Assembly: GCA_963825865.1 (NCBI GenBank)
Contig: CAWGVG010000051.1
Location: 1 to 45,748 of the forward strand
Length of the DNA: 45,748 nt
Direction of reading: 5' to 3'
Source of the DNA: an uncultured Nitrososphaeraceae archaeon
GTDB lineage: Archaea > Thermoproteota > Nitrososphaeria > Nitrososphaerales > Nitrososphaeraceae
The notes below the pieces were generated by a model that was not told where the DNA came from, ran no database searches, and saw only the letters and a program-made list of their open reading frames with translations. Shown one piece after another: positions 22,848 to 32,163 of this stretch. The translations under genes and the position numbers were made by a program. Within the stretch, counting starts at the first letter, position 1; each line of letters opens with the position of its first letter.

Positions 22848-23397
22848 CTAGTTTTTCCATTTTATTGAGCGAGCCAATTGATGGATCGAAATCCTTTTCT
22901 ACTTTTTCACCTGTCAAAATTTTTCTTATGTTGTTTTTCATGACTGGAACTTTTGGAGTCATTTCAGGCTCCAATGCGTCGTTAATCCTTCCATGAAATA
23001 CCAATCTACGTTCTGCATTAAAGAGAAAAGAATCCGGTGTACAAACTGCACCGTATGCTTTCGCAATATCTTGACTATCATCAATTAAATAGGGAAAATT
23101 TAGTTTATGTTCACTTGCAAACCTTACCATATTATCAAAACCTTCGTCCTGATAATTAGGATCGTTGCTATTAATGCCTACTACTTGTAATTCAGATGGC
23201 TTGAATTCCGATTGCAGATCGATTATGTTGCCTATTCTTGCTTTAACATAAGGACAATGATTGCATATAAAAACCACTAGTAATGATTTGCTACTGAAGT
23301 CTTTAAGACGATATATTTTGCCGTCGACGCCATTTAATTTAAAATCTGGCGATGTTTGACCAGTTTTTAGAACCTGACTTGAACCTGTCTTTACCAT
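22848..23397 (-). CDS. AhpC/TSA-family thioredoxin-fold protein (frameshift near the 3' end at about 22871)
   Basis: FICNHCPYV, GINSND, YGAVCTPD; removing one base restores the family ending SIGCSIKWKN-stop at 22848. Confidence 0.9.
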
Positions 23398-23600
23398 ATA
23401 TTTTTTGATGTAATCATTATTAAAAACTATGCGGTTTTGTCAAAGGCAAAAATCATCGAAATCCTCACAATACTACTGATGGCCCACTTTTATTATTACT
23501 CTCTACACTCTAAAAAATCAATACACATTTGCATTATTTAGATGTTAATTGCAAGTGCTATAGACCTTCATTACATTGTAAATTCATTTATCAAGGATTA

Positions 23601-24605
23601 TGCTTTGTTGCATGATTAATCATCTTGTAAGTGATACTTATTTGACCACTCACCATTTAGCTTGCTAGTATTAATTATTCTGGTATGGTTGACTGGCCTT
23701 GCTATAATGAATCACTAGTTAGGCGTGGTCAAGTCCTCTTGGATTTTGATGTACTTGATGGATGGGATCATGAATTATGTCAAATGAACCTTGGTAAGGT
23801 TGGTGAGCCCTACTGCTACCCAAATTCATTTATTCAGCTTCTAGGTTACATGAGAGCATATTTCCATCTACCATATAGACAAACACAGGGTGTAGTCATA
23901 GCTCATGCAAGTAAAGAAGTATCAAACACACCACATTATAGTACCATTAATAGACGTATAAACAGGCTAGAGATTAAAATCGATGAAAAATTAGGAAATG
24001 ATATTGTCATTGCTTTAGACAGCACCGGCATTAAGGTAGCTAATCGAGGGGAATGGATGCACCACAAATGGCATGTCAGAAAAGGATATCTAAAGATACA
24101 CATAGCAGTTGATATCGAGAAGAAAAGAATTGTATCTCTGGAGGTAACAAGTGAAGAGGTACATGATGGTAAGATGCTAAAGAAGTTAGTAGACAATGCT
24201 TCTGAAAATAATAATCATGTGAAGGGTATATTAGCAGATGGTATGTACGACAGCAATAAGAATTTTAGATACCTATCAAAGAACCACATTAAGCCTGGTA
24301 TAAAGACAAGAAGTAATTCCAAGGTCAAGTCAACTAACTGTCATGCTAGGAATATGTCTGTAGTAAGACAACAACAGACAAACCTCAAAAAATGGAAGCG
24401 TAGCGTGAGCTATGGGTACAGGTGGATAGCAGAAACAGCATTCTCTTCCATTAAAAGAACATTTGGTGAACATGTAACAGCTAGAAAGTTTCCTCACATG
24501 GTAAAAGAGATCCTCCTAAAGGCAGCTCTGTATAACATGTTCAATCGAATGACCTAGCTAACGGTTTGCATAACCTAAAATCCTAATGAATTATGCAACA
24601 GAGCA
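23601..24605 (+). mobile_element. Complete IS5-family (IS903-like) insertion sequence, about 1005 bp
   Basis: Inverted repeats TGCTTTGTTGCATGATT and TGCTCTGTTGCATAATT (15/17 match); target duplication AAGGATTA(T) at 23593 and 24606. Confidence 0.92.
23685..24557 (+). CDS. IS5-family DDE transposase, intact
   Basis: WPCYNESLVRRG, LPYRQTQG, DSTG, ADGMYD, Y..RWIAETAFSSIKRTFG. Confidence 0.93.
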   Translation: MVDWPCYNESLVRRGQVLLDFDVLDGWDHELCQMNLGKVGEPYCYPNSFIQLLGYMRAYFHLPYRQTQGVVIAHASKEVSNTPHYSTINRRINRLEIKIDEKLGNDIVIALDSTGIKVANRGEWMHHKWHVRKGYLKIHIAVDIEKKRIVSLEVTSEEVHDGKMLKKLVDNASENNNHVKGILADGMYDSNKNFRYLSKNHIKPGIKTRSNSKVKSTNCHARNMSVVRQQQTNLKKWKRSVSYGYRWIAETAFSSIKRTFGEHVTARKFPHMVKEILLKAALYNMFNRMT

Positions 24606-24912
24606 AAGGATTATACAAATAACGAAAAATCACATTGAAGAGTGATATTGATCTTGGTATGCATGCCAGAAACGAGATTTTCATTTTAATGATGAAGAAT
24701 CAGGTTCTACAAGTGGAGGAGGAGGAAGGAGATCCTAGGAGTAAATGAATTGATCGAATTCAGTTTTCATATCACGATGGAACTTGTAACTAGTATTTGA
24801 AACCGAAGAACAGGAAAAAATTGAATAGCTTGATATTATTATAATGCTGCTGCAATGACATTAACCTTTAATAAATAGCCTAAAATAACATCAAATACTC
24901 ATTTATTAATAT

Positions 24913-25302
24913 ATGTCATCAGAAGGACAAAAGCATAATATTGAAAGAATGGCCTCTGCTATCGAAGATTTACTTTTTATGGAAGCTATTAAGTTTCTGG
25001 ATGAACCGCAACATAGCGAAAAGGCGATTCTATCTACACCGTTCTCAATTATTGTATCAAACCTAATTGCCGATAAAAATTTCAAAGAAAATGATGATAA
25101 CGAAATTATGAAGTTTATGTATTATTCTCTTCTAATATATATGAATGAATATCTAAAAATGCCAAAATCATTAACAATGGCTTTTGGTAATGATATTGAA
25201 AAATATCGTGAAGAAATGCAGTGCGGAGAATTGATTTCAAACTACGTAACTGTATTGCAAAATATATTTTTAGAACAAAGAAAGGAAATAAAAAGGAAGT
25301 AA
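24913..25302 (+). CDS. Hypothetical protein, 129 aa
   Basis: Clean ATG-started ORF, helical composition. Confidence 0.7.
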   Translation: MSSEGQKHNIERMASAIEDLLFMEAIKFLDEPQHSEKAILSTPFSIIVSNLIADKNFKENDDNEIMKFMYYSLLIYMNEYLKMPKSLTMAFGNDIEKYREEMQCGELISNYVTVLQNIFLEQRKEIKRK

Positions 25303-25476
25303 GGCAATAATGAGACTTTTGTAATATCATTGTCTAATGTACAAGGCAATATCTATAACGATAACTAAATATTATGCTTTATTTTTTAAAAATATTAACT
25401 CCTATATACCAATATTTATATTACCATTTAGAGAAATTACAATGAACATTAAATAAAAATGGAGTAATTTCAACAA

Positions 25477-25629
25477 ATGTACAACAAGCAATCTTGCAGG
25501 GAATGTGGAACGTTTTTAACACCTCATTCAGTGTGCACTGTCTGTAACGAACATATCAGCTGGATTTGTATAAAATGTGGTAAGGCTGAAGATGTTACGC
25601 ATAATCATAATTATTCCATGGCTGTTTAA
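25477..25629 (+). CDS. Triple-CxxC zinc-finger microprotein, 50 aa (absent from the ORF track)
   Basis: MYNKQSCRECGTFLTPHSVCTVCNEHISWICIKCGKAEDVTHNHNYSMAV, translated manually. Confidence 0.75.
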   Translation: MYNKQSCRECGTFLTPHSVCTVCNEHISWICIKCGKAEDVTHNHNYSMAV

Positions 25630-26002
25630 GAATAAAGTTAATTTTATAATTGGTAGGAATGCCAATATAGGCAACTTCGCAAATTTTACAAATAAAGGCT
25701 GTTACTAGGGATATACATGTAATAAACAAAGGTTGCTGATTCTTTGTTTGAACAGTTTACATTTTAAGAGCCTTATTTGAAAAAATCCATATTGTATGCA
25801 GCCTTAAATACAGAACATTTGAGCTCATATTACCGAGAATATAGGGAGGGTTAAAAACTGTTTACCTACTCATATAATGTATAAGCTGCTGCAAAATATT
25901 AACTTGGCTTTTTTACTGTTATATGATATCTTCTAATATTTTTACCTATATAATAGCAGTCAAGGTTCTTGTATTGAAATGTAACGAAAAATGAATTATT
26001 AT

Positions 26003-26932
26003 CTACCTACGTAATTTCTTTGCAAGTAATTCTGATATCTCTGGAGGACGCTTTGCAACTGGGACATCTGCTTTCGCGTAATTACTGATTTTAGATTCAG
26101 CCGAACCATAGTTTCCATAAACGATTGCACCTGCGTGCCCCATTCTCTTTTCTTTGGGTGCAGATCTTCCTGCAATATATGCAACCAGTGGTTTGGAGAA
26201 CTTCGTTTTTATCAAATAATCTGCCAACTGCTCCTCTGCATCTCCTCCTATTTCACCCACCACTACTACTGACTCAACATCTTGTCTATCCCTAATCATA
26301 TCAAAGGCTTCAATAAGATTTGTTCCATTGATTGGATCTCCTCCAATTCCAAGGCACAATCTTTGGCCGTAACCATCTCTTGTCAAGTTATAAGATACTT
26401 CATACATTAGAGTTCCACTGCGTGAAAATACTATAGTATTACCTGCTTTGAACGGTTGGGCAGGCATTATGCCAACTTTCATTATTTCGGGGACAATTAC
26501 GCCAGGGGTATTAGGTCCTATCATTCTTGCATCTTTCATTTGAGCATATTCGAAAACTTTAATCGAATCTCTAATTGGAACATGCTCGGGAATAGCGACC
26601 AGTAATTTTATTCCATTATCTAATGCATCTTTTGCCGCATCTAAGAAAAATGGTGCTGGCACGAATATTCCAGATATTTTGGCTCCTGATGCTCCTACTG
26701 CCTCGGCTACGTTATTATAAACAGGAGTTCCTTCAAAATCTTGACCCTTCTTGCCAGGAGTCACTCCTGCGACAATGTTTGTTCCATAAGCCTTCATTAA
26801 TCTAGTATGTGTGGAACCATAACTTCCGGTTATGCCCTGTATTATCACAGGTTTTTTCTTATAATCATTGTCACTCTTGTTTCCAACCAATATGTCAAAG
26901 ATGTCAAATTTGTTAGTCATTTGATTCACCAC
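26003..26932 (-). CDS. sucD: Succinyl-CoA synthetase alpha subunit
   Basis: QGITG, VAGVTPGK, IGPNTPG, SRSGTL, GIGGDP, GEIGG, MGHAGA. Confidence 0.96.
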   Translation of the reverse strand: MVNQMTNKFDIFDILVGNKSDNDYKKKPVIIQGITGSYGSTHTRLMKAYGTNIVAGVTPGKKGQDFEGTPVYNNVAEAVGASGAKISGIFVPAPFFLDAAKDALDNGIKLLVAIPEHVPIRDSIKVFEYAQMKDARMIGPNTPGVIVPEIMKVGIMPAQPFKAGNTIVFSRSGTLMYEVSYNLTRDGYGQRLCLGIGGDPINGTNLIEAFDMIRDRQDVESVVVVGEIGGDAEEQLADYLIKTKFSKPLVAYIAGRSAPKEKRMGHAGAIVYGNYGSAESKISNYAKADVPVAKRPPEISELLAKKLRR

Positions 26933-26935
26933 ATC

Positions 26936-28043
26936 TCATTTTGAAACCTCTTTAACCAATGCATGTATTGCTTCCTCTACGGTACCATATAACTTCGCTT
27001 GACTTCCTTTCAATATCTCTTTTGCTTTTTCAGACTCTGCTCCAGAAATCCTTGCAAAGACTGGAACATCAATAAGATTGTTTTTGTATGCATCAAGTAT
27101 TGCCTGTGCAACAAGATTTGTTTTTACTATCCCTCCAAATAGATTTACTAGAATTGCATCAATTCTTTTGATTTTGCTGATAACCTTTAGTGCTTCATAT
27201 ATTGTTTCAATTGTTGCTCTACCACCAAAGTCGAGGAAAGATCCTGCTTTACCGCCTGTATCTGAAACCATGTCTATGGTTGACATTACTAGTCCAGCAC
27301 CATTTCCTATAATTGCAATATTCCCATCTAACTCGACTAGAGAAAATCCACTTTTTTCAGCTTGTGCCTCCAATTCAGAAATATGATCATACTTTTTTAA
27401 TTCTTGATGCCTGAACATGGCATTATCATCTATGATGACCTTTGCATCAAGTGCCATAAGAGATCCATCGCTTAGAATGGCTACCGGGTTTATCTCTGCT
27501 AGTTCTGCCTCCTTCTCGCCTACAAGTTTGGAAAGTTTCATTGTAAGATCAATAAAGGCGACTACAGTGTTATCAGTAAGTCCAAGTTTATGTGCCACAT
27601 CTTCTGCAGTCTGTGCAGATAGTCCATCACTAGGTATATCAATAATGAGCTTATCTATTACACTTTCAACCTCCATTCCTCCTTCAGCTGATGCAATTAG
27701 GGAGTAACATCTCTTACTTCTGTTCAGGAAGAGGGACAGATAGAGTTCCTTTTTTATGTCAACTATTTCTTCAAGTAAAATACCATGGGGTAGCTCACCT
27801 TTTACTTTTTTATTTATAAGTTCATTAAATTGCGGTGTCAATTCTAATTCTGTTTTGCATTTTAAAATGGCACCAGCTTTGCCCCTGCCACCTACAGTAA
27901 GTTGTGACTTTAATACAAATGGATAACAGAGTTTCGCTGCCTGCTTCCTTTGCTTCATCCATCGTAATGGCAAGATAAGCCCTTGGAATTCTAATTCCGT
28001 ATTGATCAAATAATTCCTTGCCTTGATATTCTAGTAATCTCAT
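26936..28043 (-). CDS. sucC: Succinyl-CoA synthetase beta subunit (one frameshift at about 27941)
   Basis: MRLLEYQGKELF start, GGRGKAG, EGGM, EINP, DAK, GNGAGLVMSTID, FLDFGG, NLFGGI. Confidence 0.95.
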
Positions 28044-28386
28044 ATATGAGCAGAGGACAGTCAAATTTGCTTATTTATAATCCTATTTTTATGTAGATTA
28101 TATTACCTGGCTTAATATTTATATATGTATATATATTACAATACAAAGATGCTTTAGAAGATTTGATTGTAGTTGGAAAAGCTTCAATTTGTAGATGCTA
28201 CCAAAAGCCATGCCACCGGAACATATCCATGTCCTTATTAATAATATATAGAACATCATGAATCTTCTAATTAGAAGACTTCATCCTATACCTATCGAAG
28301 CCCAAATCGGTGATTTTAGTTTCATTATACAAGAAAATATATAATGATTTTTAAAATTTATATACCCACATAAAAATTGTTAAACT

Positions 28387-28578
28387 ATGGTTGAAAAGAT
28401 GACCGCTGTTTGGCTGATTATTCTTACTATTATTGTATGTGCTTCCGTTCCTGCACTATTGATCTGGTTGACTACGATGCCAGCTCCAAAGATGTTGGCA
28501 GGACTTGACCATTTTTTGGCTAATACAACAGTAGCATTCATTGTATCTCAACAACTTTGCTTTGCACACATTTTGTAG
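28387..28578 (+). CDS. Possible small membrane protein
   Basis: ATG-started 63-aa ORF with a hydrophobic N-terminal helix; no family recognised. Confidence 0.35.
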   Translation: MVEKMTAVWLIILTIIVCASVPALLIWLTTMPAPKMLAGLDHFLANTTVAFIVSQQLCFAHIL

Positions 28579-28809
28579 CAGGCCCTTTAGTTGTTACAAT
28601 CATACTTCATTTCGCTACTACTACGGGGCAGGTTGAAGTGCTCCTAACATAGTGATTGTAGTAGTAATATGCTAAATCAGATGTTGCACTTTCATAATAA
28701 TAATACTAATATTAATAAGAATAATAATACTAATGAATAATCTGTCTCTTTCTAGTTTAATGTCATGATGATACTATCCCTTAGTGAATTTTTAATACTA
28801 CTCTAAAGT

Positions 28810-29130
28810 GTGATTAAGACTAATGAGTCAGTTGCAAACGCAATCAAAGAAGTGAAGGTGATAGAATTTGTCAATAATGGTATAATACCGATAAAAGTTG
28901 CTATTGCTAAATCAGATGTATTTGTAAATAGATCCATGTTTCTAGGAAAAATTATGGATCATTCTAAAGTTGACCTTGCAATTGCATTTACCATAGATGG
29001 AAAGGTGCGTATAAGAAGGAGAGTAAAGATACCGATCCCGTAGATTCTATCAAATTAAGTAGTAATGGGATTGCAAGAGTTCACGGAAGGAGGTGGTCAT
29101 GATGGAGCAGCAGGCGGATTCCTCAACGCA
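28810..29130 (+). pseudogene. C-terminal DHHA1 fragment of a DHH-family phosphoesterase
   Basis: DLAIAFTIDGKVRIRR followed, after a stop, by EGGGHDGAAGGFL (about 29086-29124); no DHH N-terminal domain found upstream. Confidence 0.65.
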
Positions 29131-29291
29131 AAAAACAGTCGCAAAAAACAGTTACTAAGTGCGGTTTCAAAATTAACTCGACAGAAGAAGAATTGAAAAG
29201 ATGGGAGCAATCATCTATTAATGAAATAATTAATGCTGTTGTCGCTTACTTTGCTAAACAAAAACAACAACAAAAATAACAAGAGATGCCG

Positions 29292-30173
29292 CTAGAATCT
29301 GCGTAAAATCCTGGGCTTCAGCATTTCCGGGTGACTCTTCAATCCTTTGACCAATGAGAGTATCTTATCTTTATCTTGTGGAACAGTACCGCCTAATGAA
29401 TAGACATTTGATGCATGATTTGCCCTGAATATTACTGGTGTCAAAGGATTAAAATCTGAAATGAGTCTTTCGATTTCATCCAATACTGCAATATCGTCCA
29501 ATGGGATAAAAGGTTCGCCAAACTTTGTCATAAATTCATTATATATTCCATCTTCTAAATATAATGTCAATGCGCCTAAATAGTCAGGAGCAATTTCGCT
29601 TACAATTCTTGCGGTATCCTGGATATGTTCGTTAGTATATGTCCTTCCACCGATGCCTAGAACTATCATGCATGATAAAATATATCCATGACGTTTTGCT
29701 TTTTGACAGGCCTGGATAATACCTTTGCTTGTTGCGCCTTTAGTTATTTTCTTCAAAAGGCTGTCATTACCACTCTCAATACCTAAATAAAACATACCTA
29801 GCCCCGCAGTTTTTAGTTCGTCTAATTCATCATCTTTCTTTTGCAGCAGATTTTTCGGCATTGCATAGCATGATACTCTTTTCAAGTTTGTAAATTTAGC
29901 ATAGGCATAATCCAAAATCTGAATTAGTCTATCGGTAGGGAGGTTGAGTGCGTCTCCATCTGCAAGAAATATTCGAAAAGTTTCTGGGTATGCCTTGGCG
30001 GCTAAGTCAATTTCTGTTTTTATTTGTTCCCATGATCTTTCTACATATTCTTTTGTTCTATACATATTACAAAATGAACATTTGTTAAAAGAGCAGCCCA
30101 ATGTAACCTGAAATATTATTGAATCAGCCTCCGAAGGAGGTCTATAAAGTGGATAATCGTAAGGAATTTCCAT
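29292..30173 (-). CDS. Radical SAM protein, function unknown
   Basis: YRPPSEA, GCSFNKCSFCNMY, FLADGDAL, GIESG, FRANHASN. Confidence 0.9.
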   Translation of the reverse strand: MEIPYDYPLYRPPSEADSIIFQVTLGCSFNKCSFCNMYRTKEYVERSWEQIKTEIDLAAKAYPETFRIFLADGDALNLPTDRLIQILDYAYAKFTNLKRVSCYAMPKNLLQKKDDELDELKTAGLGMFYLGIESGNDSLLKKITKGATSKGIIQACQKAKRHGYILSCMIVLGIGGRTYTNEHIQDTARIVSEIAPDYLGALTLYLEDGIYNEFMTKFGEPFIPLDDIAVLDEIERLISDFNPLTPVIFRANHASNVYSLGGTVPQDKDKILSLVKGLKSHPEMLKPRILRRF

Positions 30174-30235
30174 CTGCTGTCAAGTTAAAGTTGATATTAC
30201 ATTTAACTTATACGGTCTATTGGAAAGTATTATTA

Positions 30236-30250
30236 GCTAACCCTTTATAT
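30236..30250 (+). promoter_or_regulatory. Putative BRE/TATA promoter of the integrase-like gene
   Basis: GCTAACCC followed by TTTATAT, 22 bp upstream of the ATG at 30266. Confidence 0.45.
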
Positions 30251-30265
30251 GTAAAGACGTCTCAT

Positions 30266-30864
30266 ATGTCCAAGCGTTCGAACAAATCAGAAGTGGCGGC
30301 AATATTATCAGCATCCAAGAGCGAAGGTGATGCTTTATTAGAAAGGAAAATTACCTTAGCAACAGAAGGTTTTACTACAAATAAGTTTTGCGAATTAACC
30401 CTAAGGGATAGGAATAGGTTGTCTAAGGAAAATGCATTGACGATATCTGAATATATCATGGCAATGAAAAGGGAGATTAATCCTAGACTTGATACCATAA
30501 GAACCACAATTCAGTTTTTATCAGAGTTATCCAAAACGTCGGCATAGAAAAGAAGTTCACTGATATGACAAGGGATGACGTTTTGTTATATTTAGATCGT
30601 AACAGAAAACTAGAGAATGATGATCCACTGCACAAATGGATAGGGAGTTATAATGTAAAACGCAATATATTGTCAAAGTTTTTCAAATGGCTGTATTATC
30701 CTGATGTAGATAGTTCTAAAAGAAGAAGTGAGTTATCTGCACAGGAGAGAAAGCCTGAGTGTATTATGGGTATACCCCAGTTAAAGAGAAAGGAGATTAG
30801 TTGCTACAAGCCTTCTGATCTTTGGACACAAGAAGAGTTGGTCGCTCACAGGGTCAGCCGATGA
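30266..30864 (+). pseudogene. N-terminal half of a tyrosine integrase-like gene (frameshift at about 30539, truncated at about 30837)
   Basis: SAM-like domain MTRDDVLLYLD...SYN...LSKFFKWLY...YKPSDLWTQE, recalled as typical of Nitrososphaera integrases; no catalytic R-K-HxxR-Y region follows. Confidence 0.6.
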
Positions 30865-30903
30865 TAGTCTATACCAAAACCGCTCCAAAGGAGGGCTACG
30901 GCC

Positions 30904-31122
30904 ATGGATAATAGCATCATAGAAGCAGATAAAAGTTTTGCAAATAAAAAGTACAATGTTGGTCTTTCAAGGAAAACAATTACTCTGTCTAGTGTTGTTA
31001 GCTCGTGCCTAGGATCTCACAAACGATGTTCAGGGTACTACACAGACAACAGAGGTGAATTTTTGCTCCGATGCTACTGCGAATGTCATAAAGGGAAATT
31101 GTGTGAGGCAGGAAGAAAGTGA
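30904..31122 (+). CDS. Small Cys/His-rich protein
   Basis: C...H..C...CYCECH motif; GGAGG upstream. Confidence 0.55.
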   Translation: MDNSIIEADKSFANKKYNVGLSRKTITLSSVVSSCLGSHKRCSGYYTDNRGEFLLRCYCECHKGKLCEAGRK

Positions 31123-31125
31123 CAT

Positions 31126-31584
31126 ATGATAACATCGATGCTAGTAACAGTAGTGCTACTAGGCAGCAAATCTAGCGACTACAGATGTTTCAAATGCGGT
31201 GTGCAGATTTATTTTACTTCAAAAGATGTCGAAACCCCTAGCGGCAAACCAACGAAAGATCCTATCACCGGGAAGTATAAGACACTAGACCCAGTTACAA
31301 AGGAATACCACCTTTGTAAATCCGGCGATATTGAAACTTTTAAAGAGACCGAGGAGTATAAGCAAAGATTGGCACAATGGAAGGCCAAGCAGCAAAACGA
31401 TGAGAGTAATGGAAACACTAGTGTTACTAAGGATACAGATAGCACTTTAACTCCTCATGACATTACGAACCAGATCTTAGAGCAGTTCCTATCAGATATT
31501 GACCAAATGAAGATGGAATTAACAGCCATTAAAAACGCCTTGAAAATTGGCACAGATAGTAGTTCAGGTGAAGCAGAGTCTTGA
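31126..31584 (+). CDS. Putative zinc-finger protein with a C-terminal coiled coil
   Basis: CFKCG...HLC motif, heptad-like tail. Confidence 0.65.
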   Translation: MITSMLVTVVLLGSKSSDYRCFKCGVQIYFTSKDVETPSGKPTKDPITGKYKTLDPVTKEYHLCKSGDIETFKETEEYKQRLAQWKAKQQNDESNGNTSVTKDTDSTLTPHDITNQILEQFLSDIDQMKMELTAIKNALKIGTDSSSGEAES

Positions 31585-31958
31585 CTTTTCAAATAACATC
31601 TGCTAAGAGAAAAAGTCGTTCACACAAGAACAAACCCTCTACAGGAATTGTCAGAGTCGAGCAGGCATGTCACGCCCCAATTCTACCAAAAGTCATGGGG
31701 TGCCATGTCGGAAGTCAATGGAAAACTGAAATACTGGTTGCCAGAAGTCAAATTCAAGTTCAAGATCTTTTGGCTACTGGGGCACTAATCGACAAGCTAG
31801 AATATCGCACTGTTCAGCATCAGTATCTACCAACTTCGTCATTTTCTGACAGGAAGGACTTACACCATGCCATCGCAGTAATCACAAACTGGTCGAAGTT
31901 AGAGCAAATCATCAACGCCATCAATTTATTTTATCTGAATGACTACTACTACTTCTAG
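31581..31958 (+). CDS. Hypothetical protein
   Basis: TTGA overlap with the upstream gene, AGGTGA upstream. Confidence 0.45.
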   Translation: MTFQITSAKRKSRSHKNKPSTGIVRVEQACHAPILPKVMGCHVGSQWKTEILVARSQIQVQDLLATGALIDKLEYRTVQHQYLPTSSFSDRKDLHHAIAVITNWSKLEQIINAINLFYLNDYYYF

Positions 31959-32142
31959 TCTGATTGGTAACAGCCACTACAAAATTTTTTGTAGTTCTGC
32001 TACTGTTGCTACTAAAGACAGAGTCTGTAATCGTTGTGGTCAGCCAATTACCCTGAAACGATTTGTGAAGGAAGGAACCTCTTCTTCCTGCATCCTCAAA
32101 ATTTGCAGAATCCATTATGCTGACGACGTTCTATCTATCTAA
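31939..32142 (+). CDS. Small putative zinc-finger protein
   Basis: H...C, CNRCG, CRIH motifs; overlaps the preceding ORF. Confidence 0.5.
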   Translation: MTTTTSSLIGNSHYKIFCSSATVATKDRVCNRCGQPITLKRFVKEGTSSSCILKICRIHYADDVLSI

Positions 32143-32163
32143 CCAGATGGTGCTGATTATTTC

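Noticed and set aside
21797-24605. Composite transposon carrying the redoxin gene
   Set aside because: The two IS elements belong to different families and each has its own target duplication, so they are independent insertions
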